Below, one piece after another: positions 31,944-42,030 of a stretch of DNA of 64,000 nucleotides. The translations under genes and the position numbers were made by a program. Numbering within the stretch: position 1 is the stretch's first letter; each line of letters starts with the position of its first letter. The notes under the pieces are model-generated. The model did not search any database and had not been told where the DNA came from. It worked only from the letters and a program-made list of their open reading frames with translations. The stretch spans positions 2,047 through 66,046 of the forward strand of contig JAQWAE010000012.1 of NCBI GenBank assembly GCA_028707815.1. The letters are read 5' to 3'. Source of the DNA: Bacteroidales bacterium. Lineage in GTDB: Bacteria > Bacteroidota > Bacteroidia > Bacteroidales > BM520.

Positions 31944-34892
31944 ATGAATTTAGTCCGTTCAATAATTTTATCAATATTCGTATTGTTTTTATGTAAGTTA
32001 ACAATTGCGCAATCAAGTTTTTATGCTCCTGATTCAGATGCAACACGTTGGGTGGACTCTGTTTTTTCTTCTTTAACTCAGACGGAAAAAATAGGGCAGA
32101 TGATGATGATAAGGAGTTTTTCAAATAAAGACGAAGATTATTACAAAGAGATAGAAAGACAGATAAGACAATATAATATTGGTGGTATTTGTTTTTTTCA
32201 GGGCGACCCGGAAACGCAGGTAAAGTTGATAAACAGATGGCAGGCAATATCGAAAACGCCATTGGCAATAAGTATTGACGGCGAGTGGGGACTTGGAATG
32301 AGATACAGAGATTATTGCATGAGTTTTCCAAAGCAGATGACACTCGGCGCAATAAAAAACGATACCTTAATATATAAGATGGGTACGGCGATAGCGCGAC
32401 AAATGAAGCGTATCGGCATACGTTTAAGTTATTCCCCTGATGTTGACATCAATAACAATCCGGCAAATCCGGTTATAAACTTCAGGTCGTTTGGTGAAGA
32501 TAAAACAAATGTTGCGGCGAAAGGTTTGGCGTATATGAAAGGTCTGCAAGATGCAGGCGTGGCAGCTTTTGCAAAACATTTTCCGGGACACGGCGACACA
32601 GATGTCGACTCTCACTTCGCTTTGCCAATCATAAAATATTCTAAAAGCCGTTTGGATAGTATGGAGCTTTATCCATTTAAGTATTTGATAGACAATGGTA
32701 TATACGGTGTGATGAACGCCCATCTCTATTTCCCGGCTATCGAAACCGAAGAAAACAGACCTTCTTCAATGTCAAAGAAGATTGTTACAGATATATTGAG
32801 AAACGAACTCGGATTTAAAGGCATCACAATTACTGACGGCTTGGAGATGGACGCTATACTATCTTTTGCAGAACCGGGCGACATTGAGGTGGAATCTGTA
32901 CTTGCAGGTAATGACATCCAACTTCTACCGGTCAATATTGATGCGGCTATGACTAAAATATTGGCGGCAGTAGAAAGCGGTAAAATTCCGCAATCGACTA
33001 TAGATGAAGCTTGTAAGCGAATATTGCTGCTTAAATATTGCTTAGGTATAAATAAAAATATTATCCTTGATGAAAATAATGTAATCGAAGATGTTAATAC
33101 CTTCGAAGATAAATGTCTTAGACGGGAACTCTATGCCGCAGCTATTACGGCAATCAAAAATGAAAAGATGCTTCCCCTTAAATTGAATACGACAATTAAA
33201 ACTTGTTGTGTAGTCATCTCCGATACCGATGCTGCCGATTTTGAAGAGAATTTTTCAAATTATTGTGCTGCCGATTTTTATAAATTGGATTTAGAACCTA
33301 CTAAAAAAGATTGTGCAACAATAAAAACGGCGGTAAAAGAGTACGATAGAGTTATCGTATTTTTGGCTTCAAAATCTTTTAGTCTGAAAAATAAATATAA
33401 TATTTCCGAGCAGGCTTTAGATTTGATAGCATCTTTGTCGGAGTGTGATAATTCGGTACTTTGCATGGCTGCCAATACGTATTGTGCAACAATAATTTCC
33501 GGACTAAACAACTTTGATGCCATTGTCATTGGTTATGAAGCTGTTGCAGATGTTTTTCAACTATTGCCTCAGGCTTTGTTCGGCGCAATTGAAGTAAACG
33601 GCAGCTTGCCTGTCACTATTAATGATAATTTTAAGGTCAATGCCGGCATACAAATACATAAAACCGATGTACTTTATTATCCTTCGGCAGATGAAATAGC
33701 GTATCATTATGGAAATTTTGAAGCAGTAGATTCTATTGTGAAATATGGGATTAATGTTAAGGCATATCCGGGTTGTCAAATTTTTGTAGCGCATAAAGGG
33801 CAGGTTATTTATAATAAAGCGTTTGGCAATTACACTTATAGTTCCAAATCAAAGAAGGTCAGCGTTAATACTGTTTACGATATGGCGTCAGTGACTAAGA
33901 TAGCTGCAACAACTTTGTCTGTCATGAAGCTTCAGGAAGGTTGTCTGTTAGATGTAGACAAGCCGCTTTCGTATTATGTTCCATATCTTCGTTCAACAAA
34001 TAAAAGTAAAGTGATTATTCGTGAAGCGATGTCGCATCAAGCCGGATTTATACCTTATATTTCTGTATATAAAAATATAGAACAAGATAAAAATTTAAGA
34101 AAAGAGTTTCTTTCTAATACATTGAATGAAGATTATACAGTAAAAATAGCTAAAGATTTATATATAAAAAATGGTGCTAACTACTTTATTACAGATACAT
34201 TGGCAAATACAGAGTTGCTTCAGGAGCAAACTTGTGTATATAGTGATATAGGCTTTATTTTTATTGGCGAGGCGATACAAAATATTGTAAACCAAAGGCT
34301 TAATAATTATGTCAATGATAATTTTTATTCACCGTTAGGATTGAGCCGTACTACTTATTTGCCATTGAAGAAGATGAAAGAGGAAGACATAGCACCGACA
34401 GAAGACGACAAGACCTTTCGTAAGCAAATAGTGCAGGGTTATGTTCATGACCAGACGGCGGCGATGCTTGGTGGTGTTGCCGGACATGCAGGACTTTTTT
34501 CGACAGCAAAGGAGATAGGTGTCATTATGCAAATGTTGTTGCAGGACGGAAATTATGGCGGCGTGCAATATATACAACCAGCTGTAATACATGAATTTAC
34601 AACTACACAGTTTCCGGAATTTGAGAATCGCAAAGGCTGTGGCTTCGATAAACCTCTGTTAATATATGAAGATAATGGACCTTGCTGTAAATCAGCAAGC
34701 TATAAGAGTTTTGGACATACAGGATTTACAGGAATATATGCGTGGGCAGACCCTGAAACGGAATTAGTGTATGTGTTTGTGTCTAACAGAGTATTCCCAA
34801 ATGTTGATAATTCAAAATTGTCAAAATTAAATATCAGAACAAATATTCATCAACAATTTTATAATATTATCAATGATAATAAAGAGTATTAA
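31944..34892 (+). CDS. GH3 beta-N-acetylglucosaminidase fused to a beta-lactamase-like serine hydrolase
   Basis: Signal peptide; DGEWG, RSFGE, KHFPGHGD.DVDSH, ITDGLEM; C-terminal ASVTK (SxxK), YSD, GHTGFTG. Confidence 0.9.
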   Translation: MNLVRSIILSIFVLFLCKLTIAQSSFYAPDSDATRWVDSVFSSLTQTEKIGQMMMIRSFSNKDEDYYKEIERQIRQYNIGGICFFQGDPETQVKLINRWQAISKTPLAISIDGEWGLGMRYRDYCMSFPKQMTLGAIKNDTLIYKMGTAIARQMKRIGIRLSYSPDVDINNNPANPVINFRSFGEDKTNVAAKGLAYMKGLQDAGVAAFAKHFPGHGDTDVDSHFALPIIKYSKSRLDSMELYPFKYLIDNGIYGVMNAHLYFPAIETEENRPSSMSKKIVTDILRNELGFKGITITDGLEMDAILSFAEPGDIEVESVLAGNDIQLLPVNIDAAMTKILAAVESGKIPQSTIDEACKRILLLKYCLGINKNIILDENNVIEDVNTFEDKCLRRELYAAAITAIKNEKMLPLKLNTTIKTCCVVISDTDAADFEENFSNYCAADFYKLDLEPTKKDCATIKTAVKEYDRVIVFLASKSFSLKNKYNISEQALDLIASLSECDNSVLCMAANTYCATIISGLNNFDAIVIGYEAVADVFQLLPQALFGAIEVNGSLPVTINDNFKVNAGIQIHKTDVLYYPSADEIAYHYGNFEAVDSIVKYGINVKAYPGCQIFVAHKGQVIYNKAFGNYTYSSKSKKVSVNTVYDMASVTKIAATTLSVMKLQEGCLLDVDKPLSYYVPYLRSTNKSKVIIREAMSHQAGFIPYISVYKNIEQDKNLRKEFLSNTLNEDYTVKIAKDLYIKNGANYFITDTLANTELLQEQTCVYSDIGFIFIGEAIQNIVNQRLNNYVNDNFYSPLGLSRTTYLPLKKMKEEDIAPTEDDKTFRKQIVQGYVHDQTAAMLGGVAGHAGLFSTAKEIGVIMQMLLQDGNYGGVQYIQPAVIHEFTTTQFPEFENRKGCGFDKPLLIYEDNGPCCKSASYKSFGHTGFTGIYAWADPETELVYVFVSNRVFPNVDNSKLSKLNIRTNIHQQFYNIINDNKEY

Positions 34893-35973
34893 AATATTCA
34901 ATTTTAAGAACATAGAGAATTTCGAGAGCGAGTTTTCTTCCAATATAAATTGTTTTAGCGGTAAAAATGGCGTTGGAAAAACTAATATCTTAGATGCAAT
35001 CCATTATTTGTCGTTTTCAAAGAGCTATTTTAACACTCTTGATTTAAAAAACATTCGGCATGGTGAAGAGTTTTTTGCTATCCATGGTAGTTATGAGCAT
35101 AATCAAAAATGCGACAATATAAGTTGTATTCAGAGAGTTAATCAGAAAAAACAATTAATTGTCAATGATAAACCTTATAAGAAATTTGCAGACCATATTG
35201 GAAAATACCCATTGATAATGATTTCGCCTTACGATAGAGATTTGATTAATTTGGGAAGTGATGTCAGACGAAAATTCGCCGACATGGTGATTTCGCAGTT
35301 TAATCAGGAGTATTTAGTTACGTTAATACAATATAATAAGGTATTGTTGCAAAGGAACAATTTGCTCAGGCAATTTTATGATAACAATTATGTAGATGCT
35401 ACTTTGATAGAACTGCTTAACGAACAGTTGGTTAAATGTGGAATGTTTATTTATGACGAAAGGAAAAAATTTTTCACAGAGTTATTGCCTGTATTTCAAT
35501 ATTATTTTAATATTATTTCCAACTCTCAGGAGCGTGTAAACCTTGAATATGTTTCTCAATTGAATAATCATGATTTTATGCAACAATTGTGTGAAGCATT
35601 TGACAAAGATAAGATATTAAAATACACGACAGTTGGTGTTCATAAAGATGATGTCACTTTTTATATTAACGATTATTCAGTTAAGAATTATGCTTCGCAA
35701 GGGCAGCAAAAATCTTTTACGATAGCTCTAAAATTGGCGCAATTCGACTATATAAAAACGCATAAACTTGTTAATCCGATTTTGTTGCTTGATGATATAT
35801 TTGATAAATTAGATGACTTACGTGTTGCCAAAATCATAGAGTTGGTTGGCAGTGAGAAATTCGGTCAGGTTTTTATAACCGATACCAATGCAGATAGAGT
35901 AGAGATGTTATTGTCGACTATAAACGGACAGGGATTGCATTTTAAAATTGGAAGAAATGGAAATAAACAATAA
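34873..35973 (+). CDS. recF: DNA replication/repair protein RecF
   Basis: GKNGVGKTN Walker A, GVHKDD, ASQGQQKS, LLLDDIFDKLD. Confidence 0.95.
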   Translation: MIIKSIKIFNFKNIENFESEFSSNINCFSGKNGVGKTNILDAIHYLSFSKSYFNTLDLKNIRHGEEFFAIHGSYEHNQKCDNISCIQRVNQKKQLIVNDKPYKKFADHIGKYPLIMISPYDRDLINLGSDVRRKFADMVISQFNQEYLVTLIQYNKVLLQRNNLLRQFYDNNYVDATLIELLNEQLVKCGMFIYDERKKFFTELLPVFQYYFNIISNSQERVNLEYVSQLNNHDFMQQLCEAFDKDKILKYTTVGVHKDDVTFYINDYSVKNYASQGQQKSFTIALKLAQFDYIKTHKLVNPILLLDDIFDKLDDLRVAKIIELVGSEKFGQVFITDTNADRVEMLLSTINGQGLHFKIGRNGNKQ

Positions 35974-36250
35974 TCAATCGGATATAGCAACTTTGATAAA
36001 AGAGATGCTGAAATTATATCATTTGGAAGATGGTTATTTAGAAGCAAATATCAGCAATATTTGGGAAAAGATTGCCGGAGATTATCTTTATAAACATACA
36101 ACGGGTGTAAAATATAATAAAGGTGTTCTGATAATACGTGTAGATTCGGCAGCAATAAGAAGTGAGTTGCAGTATACACGTTCTAATCTTTTAGAAATTT
36201 TTAACAAAGAGCTTGGAGATAAATTAATAAATAAAATAATGATTTATTAA
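35957..36250 (+). CDS. DUF721/DciA-family protein
   Basis: About 97 aa downstream of recF; W.KIAG, LIIRVDSAAIRSEL pattern. Confidence 0.75.
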   Translation: MEINNNQSDIATLIKEMLKLYHLEDGYLEANISNIWEKIAGDYLYKHTTGVKYNKGVLIIRVDSAAIRSELQYTRSNLLEIFNKELGDKLINKIMIY

Positions 36251-36259
36251 AAAATGAAT

Positions 36260-36267
36260 TAGTTTTG
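36260..36267 (+). promoter_or_regulatory. -7 promoter element for the C25 protease
   Basis: TAGTTTTG(CA). Confidence 0.5.
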
Positions 36268-36341
36268 CAACTTCATTTTGATGACAGTTTATACAATTTT
36301 TAAATAACCGTAGAGATTAATATTTATCTAATTTTAGTAAT

Positions 36342-39300
36342 ATGAAAAATTTTATTATGGCGGTAGCTCTTTTGTTGAGCTGCAGTTTGATTTATGCGGC
36401 AGGTTATGATGCAAAGTACTCTAAACCGGCTGCTAATGAGCATCAGATAGATTTTGCATTGCAAGATTGGTCGTTGCGGAATGTCGTTTTAAACGGCACA
36501 ACCTATCAACAAATTGTGTTTGATGCAAGCACAGTATTAGACAAAAAAGGCTGGGCAGAGTTGCCTTTTATTAGTGCAGCCATACAATTGCCTGCAAATA
36601 AAAATGTAGATGTAGTTGTAAGTTACACCGAATATGAAGATTACAACCTTGATTATTCGTTAGTTCCGTCTCGTGGAGTTTTATACAGAAATCAGAACAT
36701 CGAAGAAATTCCTTACGAGATAGACCCTAATTCTTTAGTCAATAAATTTTATCCGAGTACATTAGCTACTGCTGATGAGCCTTTTATCATTCGTGATATA
36801 AGAGGTACAGCTGTCAGAGTTTATCCTTTCCAATATAATCCGGTAACTAACACTTTGCGTGTATACTCAAATGTTTCCGTTAAATTGGTTGAGAATAATC
36901 AAGTGGCAACCAATCCTTTGTTAAAAGAAAACATGAACCCTGTACGTGAAGCTATCAGTATGTATCAAAGTTTGTTTTTAAATTTTGATGCTTCAAAATA
37001 CGACCTCACTATGGCTCAATATGGTGAAATTCTTGTAATTACGACTGCTCGTGATGAAGCTGACATCGAAAATTATATTCAATGGAAGAAAGAAAAAGGT
37101 TATATAGTTCATAAAGAGGTTGTTGCAACAGGAACTAATGTAAAATCGCTGATACAGACAAGCTACAACAACAACAACAACATACTTTATGTTCAATTAG
37201 TTGGTGACTGGGCTGACATTAAATCAGATAACAGCATAGACAGTTCTCCTACAGATCCTAAGATGGGCTGTGTTGTCGGAACAGATAACTTTCCTGAAAT
37301 TGCCATAGGACGTTTTTCATGTTCAAACTCTACTCAATTGATGACTCAGATTAACAAAACCATTGATTATGAAAAAACTCCTAACATGGAAGCTAATTGG
37401 CGAGAAGCCTTTATCGGCATTGGTTCAGATGAAGGTAGCGGACAAGGTGATGACGGTGAAATGGATAAAACCCATATTCAGAGAATATATACTCAAAGAT
37501 TAGACCCTTTTACTTACGATACGCATTACGAAAATTATGCTCCGGGTGCAAGTGCTTCAACACTTGGTAATCATGTTAATGCAGGTGCTTCAACAATAGC
37601 ATATTGCGGACACGGTTCTGAAACTTCTTTTGTAACAACAGGATTTAATAACTCTAATGTAAACCAATTGACTAATGGTGATAAACTTCCTTTCATTGTT
37701 TCTGTAGCTTGCGTAAACGGTGCATTCCATATCAGTTCCGATTGTTTTGCCGAGGCTTGGCTGAAAAAACAAGGTGGCGGTGCAGTTGTTACTTGGATGT
37801 CTTCAATTAACCAGCCATGGACTCCGCCTATGCGTGGTGAAGACTATTTTTATGATATTCTAATTGGTGGCTTTGACTATTCTGCATATTCCGGACAAAA
37901 CGGTATCACAACAACAGAACAACGTACCACTTGGGGATCTATCACAGTTAACTCTTTTAACTTGATGCTTACAGAATCTCAGACAAGTTCAGATATAGAA
38001 ACAGCTCATACGTGGGTAACATTCGGTGATGCTTCATTGCAACTCAGAACAAAACAACCCGAACAGCTCTTAACTTCTAATACAGCTATGTTGGTAGGAA
38101 TGGATTATTCTACTATCCTTACAGCAAATGGTGTACCTGTTGCAAACGCTTTGGTCTGTATCTCGCAAAATGACGTTTATTATTCCGATATAACAGATGG
38201 AAACGGCTCTGTAACTATTCCTAACGATTTTCAGCCGGGTGATGTTTTATTGGTTGCTTCTGCATTCAACACGACAACGATTTATGAAAATATAGAATGT
38301 ATTCCTGCTGATGGTTCTTATGTAATCAGTGATGGTTACTCGCTTGCCGGTGATGGCATTTTGAGTTTTGGCGAAACTTCAGCATTATCTATAACCATGA
38401 AAAATGTCGGAACAGACCCGACAACAACAAATACTACGGTTACAATTAGCTGTGATGATCCTTTGCTCACAATTGTAAACGGCACAGCAACTTATGGTCC
38501 TATGGCTTCCGGTGCTTCTTTAACAGTAGAAAATGGTTTCTCTATTAAAGCAGATGAAGAAATTACAAACGGACAAACATTTACAGTGAATGTAACTGCT
38601 GTTAATGGAGCTGATACGTGGGTAAGTAAAATATATGTAAGTGCATATCGTCCTATAATCAACTACAATGGTGTTGCATGGCAGGGCGCATACGTACCGG
38701 GCGAAAGTCTCAATTTACAAGTTGCTTTTGAAAATATTGGCGGTTTCAGTGCTTTGAATGCAACTGCTACTCTTACAACAACAAGTTCTTATGTTACCAT
38801 TAATAATGCAACTGTAGAATATGGTACTATTGCTCCTACAGGAATTGCCAATGGTACATTCAATATTACGATTTCTAATAATGTTCCTGATAATGAAGTT
38901 TTGGATTTCCATTTTGCTTTTGCATCTAATGGTGGCGTAATTACTGCTGAAGGCGATTTTTCGTTATCCAATAGTTGCAATGTCATTTTTAATTTACAAG
39001 ATTCTTATGGTGACGGGTGGAACGGAGCTTCTTTAACTGTTGCTTTTAATGACGGCACACCTTCACAAACTCTGACTTTGAGTAGTGGATCCACCGGCTC
39101 TTATACAATAGAGATTAATTCGGGTACAACCGTAACCGTATCTTTTAATAGCGGCTCTTGGAATTCTGAATGTTCTTTTGACATCCAATATGAAGACGGA
39201 ACACTTATTTATCAAAATTCGGGAACTCCGCAGGCTGGTGTACAATGTACATTTGTCTGTAACTGTGGCGCAACCCCTAACGTTTGTGACCCTGTAACCA

Positions 39301-40754
39301 ATTTGGAAGGCAGTGCAGACGGAACTACCGTTACATTGACATGGAATGCTCCTGAAGGTGCTGATTATTATACTGTTACAGAAAACGGCGTTAACGTAGG
39401 CGACCCATACACAACTACTTTAGTTCGTGAAAATGCTCCTGAAGGTGATAACAATTATTGTGTTTATGCTATATATAATTCCACCGGTTGTACTTCAGAA
39501 GCTGTATGCTTATCTATAAATGTTTCTTCCGGTCCTTGTGATGCTCCTACAGGCTTGACTGCCGAAGTTAATGGCGTTACCGTTGCTTTATCATGGAATG
39601 CTTCGGAATATGGTACTTCATACAACATATATAAAAATGGTACAATGGCAGGTTCAACAGCAACAACTTCGTATACTGTTGAAGACCTTGCACAAGGCGA
39701 AGAATTTTGCTTTACAGTAACATCGGTTTGTGGCGGCGGTGAATCAGAACATTCTAATGAAGCATGTGTAACCACAGCTGTTTGTGAAGCTCCATCTAAC
39801 TTTGTTGCAAGTGTAGAAGGCAACGACATAACCATGTCGTGGGAAGGCACCGGCGAAAGCTACATTATATATACTACTGATGATGAACAGGTTGCCACGA
39901 CAACAGAACTTTCTTTGACAATAGAAGCTTATTATGGAGAAGAATATTGCTTATATGTTGTTTCTGTATGTGATTTTGCAGTTTCGGCACCGTCAAATAC
40001 AGCATGTGTAACAACAGATGAATGTTATGCTCCGGGAGCATTAACAGTATCTGCCGAATATAATGTAGTAACTTTAAATTGGACACCGACTACAACAGCC
40101 GACACATATTCTGTATACAAAGATGGTGAGTTGGTAGCAGAGACGGAAGAAGCTACATACACAGATAATGTTGAATACGCTCAAACATATTATTACTCGG
40201 TTGCAGCCAATTGTTCCGACTTACAGTCAGAGCATACTACAGACCAGTATATAACAACAGTATGTTCGGCACCTGCAAATCTTGAAGCTGCAATGCAAAA
40301 CAACGCCGTTATTTTAACATGGAATGCTTCTGATGCAGCCACATCATATAATTTATACAGAAATAATGAAGTCCTTGTAACGGGTGTCACCGAATTAACA
40401 TATACAGATGTTGAAGTACAAGCAGAGCAAAAGTATTGTTATGATGTAACAGCAGTCAGCGAAGCCGGCGAATCCGGTCATTCAGATGCTGTATGTGTTG
40501 ATTATACAAGTATTTCAGATTATAGTACTATAGATGTTACAGTTTATCCTAATCCAACAACGGGAAGCGTTTTAATAGAATGCGAAGGTATGAAAGTTGT
40601 GAATATTTATGGATTAGCCGGTAATTTGGTAAAGAGCATTTCAGTTGACGGAAACGATTGTGTTGCCGATTTAACGGATTGTGCATCCGGGACATACTTT
40701 ATCAATATTGTGACAGATAGTGGTAAAGTTGTCAGGAAAGTTGTTAAAATGTAA
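36342..40754 (+). CDS. C25 (gingipain-family) cysteine peptidase with propeptide, Ig-like domains, five FN3 repeats and T9SS CTD
   Basis: Signal peptide; PFQYNPV propeptide; IGRFS; catalytic YCGHGSET and SVACVNG; WVTFGDASL; CTD VYPNP...GTYFI...KVVKM. Confidence 0.92.
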   Translation: MKNFIMAVALLLSCSLIYAAGYDAKYSKPAANEHQIDFALQDWSLRNVVLNGTTYQQIVFDASTVLDKKGWAELPFISAAIQLPANKNVDVVVSYTEYEDYNLDYSLVPSRGVLYRNQNIEEIPYEIDPNSLVNKFYPSTLATADEPFIIRDIRGTAVRVYPFQYNPVTNTLRVYSNVSVKLVENNQVATNPLLKENMNPVREAISMYQSLFLNFDASKYDLTMAQYGEILVITTARDEADIENYIQWKKEKGYIVHKEVVATGTNVKSLIQTSYNNNNNILYVQLVGDWADIKSDNSIDSSPTDPKMGCVVGTDNFPEIAIGRFSCSNSTQLMTQINKTIDYEKTPNMEANWREAFIGIGSDEGSGQGDDGEMDKTHIQRIYTQRLDPFTYDTHYENYAPGASASTLGNHVNAGASTIAYCGHGSETSFVTTGFNNSNVNQLTNGDKLPFIVSVACVNGAFHISSDCFAEAWLKKQGGGAVVTWMSSINQPWTPPMRGEDYFYDILIGGFDYSAYSGQNGITTTEQRTTWGSITVNSFNLMLTESQTSSDIETAHTWVTFGDASLQLRTKQPEQLLTSNTAMLVGMDYSTILTANGVPVANALVCISQNDVYYSDITDGNGSVTIPNDFQPGDVLLVASAFNTTTIYENIECIPADGSYVISDGYSLAGDGILSFGETSALSITMKNVGTDPTTTNTTVTISCDDPLLTIVNGTATYGPMASGASLTVENGFSIKADEEITNGQTFTVNVTAVNGADTWVSKIYVSAYRPIINYNGVAWQGAYVPGESLNLQVAFENIGGFSALNATATLTTTSSYVTINNATVEYGTIAPTGIANGTFNITISNNVPDNEVLDFHFAFASNGGVITAEGDFSLSNSCNVIFNLQDSYGDGWNGASLTVAFNDGTPSQTLTLSSGSTGSYTIEINSGTTVTVSFNSGSWNSECSFDIQYEDGTLIYQNSGTPQAGVQCTFVCNCGATPNVCDPVTNLEGSADGTTVTLTWNAPEGADYYTVTENGVNVGDPYTTTLVRENAPEGDNNYCVYAIYNSTGCTSEAVCLSINVSSGPCDAPTGLTAEVNGVTVALSWNASEYGTSYNIYKNGTMAGSTATTSYTVEDLAQGEEFCFTVTSVCGGGESEHSNEACVTTAVCEAPSNFVASVEGNDITMSWEGTGESYIIYTTDDEQVATTTELSLTIEAYYGEEYCLYVVSVCDFAVSAPSNTACVTTDECYAPGALTVSAEYNVVTLNWTPTTTADTYSVYKDGELVAETEEATYTDNVEYAQTYYYSVAANCSDLQSEHTTDQYITTVCSAPANLEAAMQNNAVILTWNASDAATSYNLYRNNEVLVTGVTELTYTDVEVQAEQKYCYDVTAVSEAGESGHSDAVCVDYTSISDYSTIDVTVYPNPTTGSVLIECEGMKVVNIYGLAGNLVKSISVDGNDCVADLTDCASGTYFINIVTDSGKVVRKVVKM

Positions 40755-40782
40755 TTAATTGTTTATTGTGTAAATATGTTTT

Positions 40783-40816
40783 ATGGGGAGCTTCAAAGCG
40801 GAGTTCCCCATTTTTT
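40783..40816 (+). terminator. Intrinsic terminator
   Basis: atggggagcttc-aaagc-ggagttccccat then T-run. Confidence 0.8.
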
Positions 40817-40909
40817 ATTTATAAGCCATGTGTGTATATAGACTTTTTTCTATGTATTTTACTTAAAAAATTGATTTTGAAAATCTTTTGAATAAAAAAA
40901 ACGAAATAG

Positions 40910-40959
40910 GTTGTAGAATAAAAAAAAGTTTGTATCTTTGCAGCCAAAATTTTAAGGAG
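40910..40959 (+). promoter_or_regulatory. Promoter (-33/-7) and SD-like site for the ribosomal cluster
   Basis: GTTG 40910-13, 19-nt spacer, TATCTTTG 40933-40; TAAGGAG 40953-59, 8 nt before the ATG. Confidence 0.65.
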
Positions 40960-40967
40960 ATTTATTT

Positions 40968-41156
40968 ATGGCAAAGAAAAACAAAGATGCACGTATTCAG
41001 GTGATTCTTGAGTGTACAGAGCAGAAGACATCAGGAGTTCCCGGCATATCAAGGTATGTTACTACGAAGAATAAGAAGAATACTCCGGGTCGTTTAGAGC
41101 TGAAGAAGTATAATCCTTATTTAAAGAAAGTCACAGTACATAAAGAAATTAAATAG
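40968..41156 (+). CDS. rpmG: 50S ribosomal protein L33
   Basis: [38 protein letters not shown]. Confidence 0.96.
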   Translation: MAKKNKDARIQVILECTEQKTSGVPGISRYVTTKNKKNTPGRLELKKYNPYLKKVTVHKEIK

Positions 41157-41164
41157 TATAAATC

Positions 41165-41326
41165 ATGGCAAAGAAGGTAGTTGCAACCCTTAAGACGACA
41201 ACGGGTAAAAGTTATGCTAAAGCTATAAAGATGGTAAAATCCCCGAAGACGGGAGCTTACGTATTTGCTGAAAGCATTGTCGTACAAGACAAAGTCAAAG
41301 ATTATTTTGACACTAAAACAAATTAA
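41165..41326 (+). CDS. DUF4295-family small protein (53 aa, not in the ORF track)
   Basis: MAKKVVATLKTTTGKSYAKAIKMVKSPKTGAYVFAESIV...; usual position after rpmG in Bacteroidota. Confidence 0.88.
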   Translation: MAKKVVATLKTTTGKSYAKAIKMVKSPKTGAYVFAESIVVQDKVKDYFDTKTN

Positions 41327-41351
41327 TTAATTATTTAAAAAGAAACAAATT

Positions 41352-41930
41352 ATGCCAACAAGAATTAGATTACAGAGAAAAGGTAAAAAAGGCAGACCTT
41401 TTTATCATTTAGTAATTGCGGATGGTCGAGCACCACGAGACGGAAAATACATAGAGAGAATTGGCACATATAATCCTCTTACAAATCCGGCTGAGATAAA
41501 CATAGATAGCGAAAGAGCCATATATTGGTTACAAGTAGGGGCGCAGCCCTCGGACACAGTAAGAAACCTCCTTTCAGTAAAAGGAATTCTCCTTAAGAAC
41601 CATCTTTTAATCGGAGTTAAGAAAGGTGCTATAAGTCAAGAGCAGGCAGATGTCAAGTTTAGTGCTTGGCTTCAAGAGAAAGAGCAGAAGAGACAGAATA
41701 TAGTCAAAGCTGACGAGAATGCTCAACGTGAGGATCGCAAGGCAAAGATAGCAGCGGAAAAGAAGATAAATGAGGACCGTGCAGCAGTATTAGCAAAGAG
41801 AGCAGCAGAAGAAGCAGCCAAGAAAGAAGCAGAAGAAGCGGCAGCTCGTAAAGCAGCAGAAGAAGCACAAGCATCGGCAGAAGAAATAACCTCTGAAGAA
41901 ACAGCACCGGAAGCACCGGCAGCCGAATAA
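41352..41930 (+). CDS. rpsP: 30S ribosomal protein S16 with long Ala/Glu-rich C-terminal tail
   Basis: [33 protein letters not shown]. Confidence 0.96.
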   Translation: MPTRIRLQRKGKKGRPFYHLVIADGRAPRDGKYIERIGTYNPLTNPAEINIDSERAIYWLQVGAQPSDTVRNLLSVKGILLKNHLLIGVKKGAISQEQADVKFSAWLQEKEQKRQNIVKADENAQREDRKAKIAAEKKINEDRAAVLAKRAAEEAAKKEAEEAAARKAAEEAQASAEEITSEETAPEAPAAE

Positions 41931-41946
41931 ATACTTAGAAGGTGAT

Positions 41947-41989
41947 TTTCATCATTCATCTGACATAAATAGGCGGAATGAAGATGAAA
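41947..41989 (+). promoter_or_regulatory. Long imperfect hairpin upstream of rplM (possible r-leader or processing site)
   Basis: tttcatc-attc...gaat-g-aa-gatgaaa pairing; no U-tract after it. Confidence 0.35.
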
Positions 41990-42030
41990 GATAATAATAA
42001 AACGAATTTTTATTAGAAATTAAAAAAAAG

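Noticed and set aside
31944-34892. Beta-lactamase-like domain as an antibiotic-resistance gene
   Set aside because: The GH3 plus serine-hydrolase fusion is common in Bacteroidota and better explained by peptidoglycan recycling
37165-37182. (AAC)n tract in the C25 gene as a phase-variation site
   Set aside because: Short in-frame trinucleotide run (poly-Asn); slippage would not shift the frame
41740-41930. gcagcagaagaa-type tandem repeats
   Set aside because: They encode the usual low-complexity Ala/Glu/Lys tail of Bacteroidota S16
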